A stretch of 62,371 bases of DNA, counting the filler, from Kipferlia bialata (taxonomy: Eukaryota): NCBI GenBank assembly GCA_003568945.1. It is 3 parts of 3 records of this genome, joined end to end, with 100 filler letters (N's around TTAATTAATTAA, not from the genome) between each part and the next. Parts side by side here need not be neighbours in the genome. Positions count along the whole stretch, not along the records: positions 20,848 to 41,573 come from BDIP01000357.1; positions 41,674 to 62,371 come from BDIP01000359.1; 1 more part is not named here. One strand, written 5' to 3'. The notes below the pieces were generated by a model, which worked only from the letters and a program-made list of their open reading frames with translations, was not told where the DNA came from and did not search any database. How positions within the stretch are numbered: position 1 is the first letter of the stretch; each line of letters starts with the position of its first letter. A program made the position numbers and the translations under genes. This document shows, in pieces, positions 38,602 through 48,551 of this stretch.

Positions 38602-41031
38602 TTAGTCAAGCTTCAAAGTATGACTGTAGGGCATAATCTTCAAGGCCCGGAAGCGGCCACAGTTCTCGAGGTGCTCTGCCTCGACCCTGAACACGGACCA
38701 GACACCCCTTCTGGTGGCCTCTGCCAATGCAAACAACCACTCCCCCACCACCCCCCACTCCCACACGTGCTGGAGTATCCAGAGGTACCTGCCCACCGTG
38801 TTGTAGACGACTGCGCACCAGTACACATAGGCCGGGTACTGCCTCTGCCGTCCCGACGCCCGCTGCACGCCCAGCACCAGACCCCTTCTGGTCAGGGCCT
38901 GCAGGTGCCCTATGTCCTTGAAGAGGACCCAGTCCTGCCTCAGGTCCCAGAACAGGCGGTACGAGTAGTCGAGGAACTTGAGTCCCATGGCCGCCCACCA
39001 CACCGTGTCGCTATGCAGCCACCCTGGGCCCAGGGACACGTCGTCATGCAGGGCGAAGAGCACGGCGGGGGGTACACCCAGCAGGTACTTCATCAGGTTG
39101 TAGCCATGAGGCCAGAACATGCCCTCGGGCACGGGGGTGGAAGCAAACATGGAGGGGTACGCGTGCTCGGCGCTGGTGGGGGGGAGGGGGGGTGGGACGG
39201 GCACGTCCTGCACGGGTTGGTACATCCGGTCCCGAGGGCGGCGGATGCGCAGGGCGGGCGTCTCAGCCTTGCGCTTCGCCCTCGCAAGCCGAGCCCCTAT
39301 CCTGTCGTCCCTCAGCCTCCGGTAGCACTGCAGGAGCCTGATCACATTGGGCAGCTGTCCCATGACACACGACGACCACACCGCAAACACCTCATTCCCC
39401 ACCGTGAAGCCGGTGCCCAGACCCAGGACCGCCGGCACAGACGAGAATAGCCGCACCAGGTCCGCCCCCACCCCACCCATGCTGGTCCAGACATCGGCGA
39501 TGAAGAAGTCGGGGAAGAGCACCTCGGGGAAGGGGGCACATAGGCACCGCAGGAGTGACCTACGCACGAACAACTTGTACCTGCGAGAGGGGGAGTCCCC
39601 ACGCGAGGCAGCCGCTGCAAACATGCGTCTGGCCGGCCACAGCCAGTAGACGGCATACCCCACCGCCACTATACCCACGAGCTGGTCCCCTGCCAGCCAC
39701 TCGTTCTGGAGGGCAACGGGGACGTGTGCGGCGTTAAGGGGTAGGATATACCCGAGCATCTGCGTGAACCAGGGCGTCATGTCGATCACTAGCTGCTCGA
39801 CAGCGGGGTCCTGCCGAGAGAAGGAGAGCAGGTTAACACTGGCTGTGCAGTACACCACACACGCCAGTACAAAGCCATGGATACACGCCACAAGTAGCAT
39901 CTCCAGCGGCAGCAGCACCTTGGAGGGCTGGATGCCGAAGATAAAGCGCCACGACAGCTGCCCCTTGTCCCAGGCCAGCATGTTCAGAAACACATACACC
40001 CGGTACACGGCCAGTAGACCAAAGGACTGCAGGGCGGCGTCCTGTAGAGGGGACGTGAGCTGTATATCGCCCATGACGTCGTCCTCTGTGTCCAGGACGT
40101 CCTTCAGGGACCAGAACATCGACACCGAGGAGTGGATGGAGATCACTAGGCCGAGTATGAGGCCCATCAGCAAGCCAGACAACAGACCCGCAGACGTCGC
40201 GGATCGTGCCGTGTGGTGCTCAGACCTCTGCTGGTAGTGGCTCGAGAGGAAGTGGCGTGTCTTCTCGACCCTCGCGTGGCCGGTGAGACCTGGGAGAAAG
40301 AGGTCTGCCGTGGCTGCAATGAGGCTGTGCTCCAGATGCTCCACAGTCACACCGAGGCTGTCGAACCCTTTCAGTCGCTCGTCACACCACGCACGCATGG
40401 AGCCATCACCTTCGAGTGTCCCGTCTCCGACACTGACACCCACATCAACGTCAAACGACCGAGCCAGAGTGCCCACAATCTGCTGGTTGATGACGCCGAA
40501 GTCGTGAATGATGGACACACCCCGGTGGAACTCAGAGAGCAGGACTCTGAGCTCTACACATCGGTCGGAAGCAACATCCTCCAGAGATAGGGGCAGGGTA
40601 GTGCATATCTCGTCAAACCGAGCCTGCGCAGACACGCACTGCTCTCCCGCAAAGCGTATGCACTTGTCAATCTCCTGCGCCATCTCAGACACGAACCTGT
40701 CTCTCAGGTTGATGAACTCCGTGGAGATAGGGGCGTGGCTGCCCCTTCTTGCCTTAATAAGCCCCTTCAATAGGGGCTCGAAGGACGACGGGTCCACGCA
40801 TTGAGAATGCAGCTCTGCGGGGATGTTGCTAAGAGCAGACATCGACCAGGCCTAACAGCGTAGAGACCAACCCCGGATATATAGACCTACTGTGACTACA
40901 GTGATGATGAATCACACACGGCAAGTACACACAGAGAGAGAGTGCGTACGAGGTGTATATATGCCACAGAAAGAGTAGACACAACACACCTTGATGAACC
41001 CTGAGCGGACAGGGCACTGGTAGGGTCTAGC
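38602..41031 (-). CDS. XPR1: SPX-EXS phosphate exporter family protein (XPR1/SYG1/PHO1-like)
   Basis: A 2.25-kb terminal exon (38602-40851) plus an in-frame 42-nt upstream exon at 40990-41031 (ARPYQCPVRSGFIK). EXS motifs: PFPEVLFPDFFIADVWTSM, RLLQCYRR, NLMKY, WDLRQDW, EATRRGVWSVFRVEAEHLENCGRFRA. The N-terminus is SPX-like (EMAQEIDKCIRF, DFGVIN). Confidence 0.88.
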
Positions 41032-41573
41032 CTAGAGTGAGTGGCGCCATGGAGGGACGAGAGGTGGGGTGAGAGAGTATAGTGCTGAGTGTGAGATATG
41101 GCAGACCACATCTAGGGGGGGGGGGGTTGCGTCAACTCGAGAGGAAATGTAGATATGAAAGGAAATGTATATATGACTATGAGAGGGACTGAACCCTATG
41201 GGGAGAGACTTGAGGGAGTGAAGGTATTGGTTGGGTTCAGTCTGGAATCAGTAGGGATATGTGGTATGGTGGGGTGGGTATAGTACCGAAACAGAGACAT
41301 ACTCAAGACTTATGAAGACCGATGCCCCTAGACGAAAAGATAACACAGCGTTAAATATATATGAAGTGTGTGTCTGCCCCAGGGTGAGAGTGACCTGAGG
41401 TGAGTGACGGCATGGTGGGAGGGGGGGGAGAGAGTGGCCTGGGGGGAGTTCATCAGTGACAGTAGAGAGAATGAGTGGGAGAGATGTTCCTGGGATGGTG
41501 TATATACAGAGGAGATACTGGGAAGTTGATATTGGGGGGGGGGGGGGGGCGAAAAACCCACAACTCTGGTGGG

Positions 41574-41673
41574 NNNNNNNNNNNNNNNNNNNNNNNNNNN
41601 NNNNNNNNNNNNNNNNNTTAATTAATTAANNNNNNNNNNNNNNNNNNNNNNNNNNNNNNNNNNNNNNNNNNNN
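41574..41673. other. Artificial contig linker N44-TTAATTAATTAA-N44
   Basis: Same 100-nt linker as at 20748; 12-mer at 41618-41629. Confidence 0.95.
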
Positions 41674-41691
41674 TGAGTGTCTTACCCCCAG

Positions 41692-42591
41692 GCATGTACG
41701 AGATGAATGATGATGGAGAGTACACCTATGAGGGACTGTACAGTTGGATGCTTCCCTTTAGCGGCAGGTATATCTCTACTCTAGTATTTCTATTACCGGA
41801 CTATCGCTATGCTCTGCAACTCCCTATTCTCTCTCTTCTCGTTCTCCTTCTACCCCCTTATAACGTCAGATCAAGTGCTCTGTGTGTGTCCTTACAGGGT
41901 CATCTGGTGATAGTGGGAGGTGCGGAGATGGATATATGAACACGCATATATGTATGTATGTAAATGTGTGTGTGTGTGATGATCGCTGTAGTAAGTGTTG
42001 ATATGTTTGCATATCTATAGGTGTATGAGAGAACTGACATTTAGGACACGATCAAGTCTGTAACCCTGTGAGGGAATACTCTCTTTCTCTCTTTCTCTCT
42101 CTCTCTCTCTCTTACGCAAGGTCATGACCAAGCCTGTATTCCAGTGCTTGAGCTGTATCTTCAATCACTACAGAGGATATTTATACATATATATGTGTGT
42201 GTGTCTAGTCTAAGAGAGATACTCATCCTAAGGCAATGACCAAGCCTGTAACCCTGTCATGGAGGGTGTGAGTGACTAATAGGAGTCTCTCTCTATCTAT
42301 TCATATCTATTTCTCTCTTATATTAGGTTATGATCAAGCCTGTAACCCTGTCATGGAGGGAGTGAGTGTGTACAACCCAGAGACGGACAAGTGGAGGGTC
42401 GGTGACCCAAGGTATGTACAAACATGTATATGTATACATATATATTTATAGAGTACATATACAGCATACATATCCAGTGTGTATCATAGTCTGATGGACT
42501 GGTCTGTCTTGTTTTTTGTTCTTTCCCTCTCTCTCCCCCTCAATGTAAGTATAGAATATTCCTCAACCCTATCCCCTTGAGTGCTATGATG

Positions 42592-42639
<48 letters not shown>

Positions 42640-44354
42640 ATACCCCAGTCCCCTTGAGTGCTATGATGACACCCACTACACTGTGGTTGATGACACCCTC
42701 TATGTATACCCCACATGGGATACAACAGTTATGAGGTATGGTAGTATGTATATATATAAGTATATATACATGTATTATATGTATATTTATATATATATAT
42801 ATACACCACATGGGATACAACAGACATGAGGTATGGTACACTGTATATATGAGTATATATACACTGTATACCATAGATATGTACACATATATACTGGGTG
42901 TATGCCAAACATGGGATATAACAGACATGAGGTAAGAGACGAGAGAGAGGTTCATATATAGTATTTTACTAGTGTATACAAACATATACCCCACATAGGA
43001 CATAACGGACAGGTAGGGAAGCATTGTGTAGATATAGACACATATATAGGGGAAGCTTTATGTAGATATGAACATATATACATATGTACTTATATGCCCG
43101 ACATGGGTCACAACGGACAAGATGTGAGTCAGTATACACGAGAGTTTGCCGAAAAGGACATGGCTTCAGTATATGGATAAATTCTCTCTAACCTCAGTGT
43201 CTACACCCTTAAGTTGGGCCAGGGTGTTGATCAGGATGACATGGGCACTACGTATATATATGTACTCTGCTACTCTACATCTATATTTAATATGAGTCTG
43301 ATACCAGTGTGTACAAGCTCACTCTTGGTCAAGGTCTTGATAAGGATGACATGGGGACTGATGGGGGTGGTCTATATGGAGACAAGTGGGAGACAGTGGG
43401 GTTGGCTAGTCTGCCATGTGCAATTAGAGAGGAGTTACTCGGCGTGACTCAGGTTAGTATGTATATATACGTGTGTGTGTGTGTCTCAGATTGGTATGTA
43501 TATAGTAGTATATACGATTAGTATATAGATGGATTTATATAGTATACTACTCGGTATGCGCTCAGGTAAGTGTGATAGTAATGATATACTACAGTTAAGT
43601 ATACTGTATCCGTATAATGCTGGTGAATGCTAGATCATCTAAGTATGTATACTTGTTGTATATTGGTTATGATTCCCCATAATACTCACTCCAGTCAGTT
43701 GGCAGGCAGGTTCTCTCCTATGATGGGAATCTGACAGTGCGGGATAAGGTATGTATCTGGTAGAGAATATTTTGTAATACATTCACTCTATGATAATGCG
43801 AGTGTAACCACTATTCAGGCAACGTGATGCTGTCAATATATAGTCTACCATTGTCTAATCAACAGGTCAGTGGAGAGACGACAGTCTACCAGGGACCCGA
43901 GAGAACCCAAGATGTGAGTGGCGAAATGTGTTTTCATACTGTGTAATTAGTGGCTTCTCACTCTTGTTTCTCATTAGTTGTTATGCATACTCAAATTGTC
44001 CTCCAATCACTTCAATGATTATTCTCATATTATACTCTAATTGTCCCCTAATTATGCTCTGTGTATGGTCTGATTATAGGATTATGCTCGATATTCACTC
44101 TGATAATAGGATGAACACACACCCCTGTACGTTCCGATAGCGAGTGGAGAGTCAGGTACAACATATAGTTGTAATTAATGTATAGTATTGAGATTTAGGT
44201 AGGGTCGTGTATGGATATGGTCGGTGTATGGTACTGTGCTAACTCTTCAGGTATGCTATTCAGAGAGAGAGAGGACGAGGGTGAGAGTAGCGATGGTCCT
44301 CTGCTTGTGGCCAGAGCCCTGCCAGAGATGCTGTACCCACAGAGTGTAGAGTGA
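41692..44354 (+). CDS. Divergent kelch-like protein, 3' part (multi-exon)
   Basis: Exons include GHLVIVGG, GYDQACNPVMEGVSVYNPETDKWRVGDP and TVVDDTLYV. The final exon ...LVARALPEMLYPQSVE ends in TGA at 44352-44354. Confidence 0.5.
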
Positions 44355-44577
44355 TTCATAGTATGAATCATACCGTTTAATGGAGTTGATGGACAGTGTA
44401 TCAAAAGTCAGGGGTATTAAGAAAGGGCCCTGCCTGAGATGCTGTATCCACAGAGTGTAGAGTGATTCAAAGTATGAATCATACCGTTTAAAGGAGTTGA
44501 TGGACAGTGTATCAAAAGTCAGGGGTATTAAGAAAGGGTCCTGCCTGAGATGCTGTATCCACAGAGTGTAGAGTGAT
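44316..44577 (+). repeat. 111-bp tandem repeat x ~2.4 spanning the stop codon and 3' UTR
   Basis: Units start at 44316, 44427 and 44538 (G(C/T)CCTGCCwGAGATGCTGTAyCCACAGAGTGTAGAGTGAT...). Confidence 0.92.
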
Positions 44578-44739
44578 ACTCATCCTATTATGGAATCACA
44601 ATAGAGAGTTTGTAACAATATTGACTCTGAGATGCTATCACTTTCTGATTTGAGGTATACAAGAAATGTGGGATTTGAGAGTATGCGGACTGCAATTTGC
44701 GGTTGTGTTATGAAATTTACAATGTGAAAATCTCACCCA

Positions 44740-45828
44740 CCACATTGTGGCACTTGCCTTAATAGTGTTAAGTATTTACTGAGTGCCCTCATGACTTTCT
44801 TTGAGTGAAGGAATCCTTGACGTACGCACTAGAGCTGCACAGCCTCTAACGTCAAGTCTCTCTCCGCTGTCTTCATCTGTTGCAGTGGTAACTAGTGATA
44901 CAAGTCTTGAACTTTGTATCACAAACTGCAAATGTGTCAATACTCTCAACTGTGTCCAGTGGACACTGTCCACTCATGTACTGTGTGTCACGCTTGTACT
45001 CTAACTAGTCCGGACAGTTCAGTCCTCGATGCACACACGGGGGCTTAGCACATCTGAGAGCATCTAGTAGAAGATCTACCATGACCATGTCTCTGTTGTC
45101 AGGAGAATCCCAACCTGAGTCAGACTCAGCTGTTCTCAGGCCCTGAGAACAGTGTTGTCAGATTCTGACTCAGAACAGCATAGTGATTTCATCTCAATGA
45201 TATCACACTAGTAGTGTGATCGCTCCTGATCGCTGCGTAGTCTACGCAGCGAATAGTGTGTACTACGTACTGGATAGCCAAGCCAACTTGGCTCACTAAT
45301 ACCATATTGAATATGTTAAATATGCCACTGCCCTGTATTGTTTTGCGGCTGTGAATAATTGTGACTCATAACGCTATAAGGGTTCGTATATTGCATATAC
45401 TATATACTGTTCTTCGAAACTGGTTCAGTTGCTAAACACTAGTTCTTGGTTGCATTCCAGTGACTGGAGTCTGGTTTCCAGACCAAAGGAAGACAGGACG
45501 GCATAGAGTCACTCTATTAGAGTGAGAGAGAGCACTGTTCCGACACCTTTGCACGAATACGAATACATTTCATACACTATATCTAATACATCAGATAACA
45601 CATGAGACATTGATGAGTATCTTGTTGTTGTACCACTAGTGGTAGTCTACCATGGTAACCAGGATGGTTAAGTCAGTCACTTAGGCTTCCCCCACTGGCC
45701 CAGTGGAATTGGGCCCCCAAACGCTGGAGTTACAATGAAACACCATATCACAGGCAAGGGCAGTTCCAGTGGAACTGTTCCACTAAGACAACGGCTGGTT
45801 AAGTTAACCAGGTTAACACAACTTGTGT
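44740..45828. other. Intergenic array of chained short inverted repeats (palindrome-dense tract)
   Basis: About 20 perfect dyads with 5-11 bp arms, mostly with a 1-nt centre. Examples: CTGTTCTCAGG-C-CCTGAGAACAG (45130-45152), TCGCTGCGTAG-T-CTACGCAGCGA (45230-45252), ATCACACTA-G-TAGTGTGAT (45202-45220). Confidence 0.9.
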
Positions 45829-46034
45829 CAAGCTAGCCCAATAATATAATTTGAGTTTGTTCCTATTCTCTGCCTATAGGTTAGTAAATACATCTCGCCG
45901 CGTCTTGCATCTATCTACCACCATTCGAATGATGCCATCTATTGAGTACCAATTTGATACTACTATAGACTGACTAATAGTAACGCAGCATCATTAATAA
46001 ATCGTCACACACTTCACACAATATACGCGGGGAC

Positions 46035-46038
<4 letters not shown>

Positions 46039-46078
<40 letters not shown>
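46039..46078. repeat. (TC)n microsatellite
   Basis: Pure TC run directly downstream of the stop codon of the minus-strand gene. Confidence 0.9.
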
Positions 46079-46081
<3 letters not shown>

Positions 46082-46085
46082 CACC

Positions 46086-46481
46086 CTATGTGCAGTAGAT
46101 GGGCATGTACTCATTGCGGGTGCCAGTCAGTCTCTTCACAGTGCGTCTGGGGGTAAGGATACGATGAGTATATAGATCTACAAATATATATGTAAAAAAA
46201 TAATACCTGTGCCTGGCTCTAAAAATTATCATGTATATTATGGAAATGGTACATATATATACCTGTGCCTGGCTCTTGAGCAGCAGCACCCACAGGCACA
46301 TGACAGGACACCAGTGGCAATGAGGGCAAGGAGGACAAAGATGATCTGATATAAGGGGCTAGAGGGAGACACACAGAGAGATAGAGCCAGTCCTAGTACC
46401 TTCTTGGGAGAGAGAGAGTAAGAGAGAGATAGAGAAGGAGAGCACCTTTCTAGGAGATGGGAAGCCAGGCAGCACAAGAGC

Positions 46482-46537
<56 letters not shown>

Positions 46538-48075
46538 AAGAGATAGAGATAGAGACTTACATTGACTGAGCTGAGTATGGACTAAGAGAGAGCAAGAGAG
46601 AGAGTACCTTCTTTGGGGATGGGTAGCCAGGCAACATAAGAGCTATATATATGTATAGAGAGAGAGAGAGAGAGTAAGAAAGAGAGGGAGAGTACCTTCT
46701 TTGGGGATGGGAACCCAGGCAGCACAAGGGCAGTCTCCATGCCTGGGGGTGACGAATTAGACAGCTAAAAACGAGTATATACTATATACATATGAATATA
46801 GGGGTAAGGGGACACGGCACTTGACTCCTTATCGACGACAAAATTGAGGGAGGATAGTATTTAGAGTGTATTGATAGTAGTACCTGTTGTCTTTCCCACT
46901 GCCTGCACGTCGTATCCCCCATCGACATAGTGGTTCCTGGTCTCCTGTATCTCGTGGCCAAGGTCTCCACCCAGGTGTCTATAGGTGAGAAAGAGTACAG
47001 TAATTATGACAACTATATATATATATATATATATGCGTAAATTGACATATATGATATTGATGGCCAAGGTCTCCACCCAGGTGTCTATAGGTGAGGGGAT
47101 GGAATGTGTGTGACAATGCTCTATTGTATGCAAATAAACATGGAGTGCTAATTGCTACACATTTCGTACCTGTAGTGGAACAGGTCTGATAGGGTAGAGG
47201 GGTCAACTAATAATGTATACGTGTGTGTGTGAGAGAGTGAGAGTGTAGACACACAATCCTGTAATACTGTATTATGTATATATGTCTATATACCTGTGGC
47301 GGAACAGGTCTGACAGGGTGGAGGGGTCAACACCCATCTTGGCAATGGACTGGGGTGAGACGGGGATATATACATAGAGAGAGAGGGAGAGATAGAGTAT
47401 ATACCTCCTCCTTAGTCATCACTCTGCCAGTCTTCATGTCACTGCTGTAGAACACAGCTAGGGCAGAGTCAATCAGGGGGAACAGACCCGCTCCTGATTG
47501 TGAGCTTCAAGTAAATGAATATACATATATATACATATATATATATATATACATATAGGGCAGAGTCAATCAGGGGGAAGAGACCGGCGCCTGAGAGTGA
47601 GTATCAGTAAATGTATGTATAGCAACATACCAATAGTCCAATATATATATATATATATACTCATGGTTACAGTTGCATCATTACCTAGTGGCATGTACTC
47701 TGCAATGATGGCCTCTACCCACTTGTCACCCTGGGGTAAATAAGGGTCTAGATATATATATATATATATAGTGAGATATATATGTAAAAAGAGCCTTCGG
47801 TTGACTGCAGGTTTAAGGTGGAGAGAGAGAGGGGGGGGGGGGGGATGCAATAGTACCTGCAGGTTTGATGGGCTTCGCGTTGTAAAAGCAGAGATAGTAT
47901 ATAGTGTGGGTAACAAGGAACACACTCAGAGTTTGTTGACAATCAGTACACATCGATATGGCAGTTAGAATATGTAAAGGGAGACGGTACATGTATACAC
48001 TGGCTGGCACCTGTCCTTCACAGCCACCTTGGCCAGAATGGCAGTGACTAGAGCCAGGGCAATGACAAGGCGCAT
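46086..48075 (-). CDS. Type I membrane protein: signal peptide, single TM, Cys cluster, YxxPhi tail
   Basis: Begins MRLVIALALVTAILAK (ATG 48075). The last exons give IIFVLLALIATGVLSCACGCCCSRARHR / RTVKRLTGTRNEYMPIYCT-TAG. The exon structure near 47860-48010 is uncertain. Confidence 0.65.
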
Positions 48076-48551
48076 ATATGGTGATCGAAGAGAGATGAGT
48101 GGAGTAGGGTCTGTCACGCGAGGAGTATATTGAAACGATAAGGGGGCAGTGTTAGTTATGAAGATGTGGTTCACCGCGGTTCAACGTCCAATGAATTGTC
48201 TCTCTCTCTCTCAGTACCCTGTGGTGAGGCATATAGATAGACTCACCTTCTTCCAAGGCAGCTGCGGCAATACATAACCATCCAGCAACTACCGACAAGC
48301 CCCCAAAGATACCGACCCCACTCGAGATAGAGCCAGTACAGTAGAAGACCAAATATCTATTTGGTCAAACCAATACAACAACATAATACACAAAACTAAT
48401 ACAGTGCCAATCTTGAGGTGGAATTGGCATCTCTCTATCAATCACTCCCGCTCCAATATGTTGGGTAGACGCGAGTAATGCCTATTGTCTCTCTCCCTTC
48501 ATTCGTGTCACCCTGACCCGTGTCACTCATCTGTGGCCTGACAGTACCAAA

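Noticed and set aside
42540..43024. Y/I/C/V-rich ORFs in the track (also around 49.7, 51.8 and 52.8 kb)
   Set aside because: Translations of TA/TG microsatellite-rich introns.
44776..45004. Short ORFs inside the palindrome tract; also considered tRNA or MITE
   Set aside because: No coding bias or splice context, no tRNA cloverleaf or TTCG-type T-loop recognised, and no terminal inverted repeats with target-site duplication found.
48152..48352. Short hydrophobic ORF with a GTGAGT donor upstream of the type I membrane gene
   Set aside because: No clear start or partner exon; unsupported as a gene.
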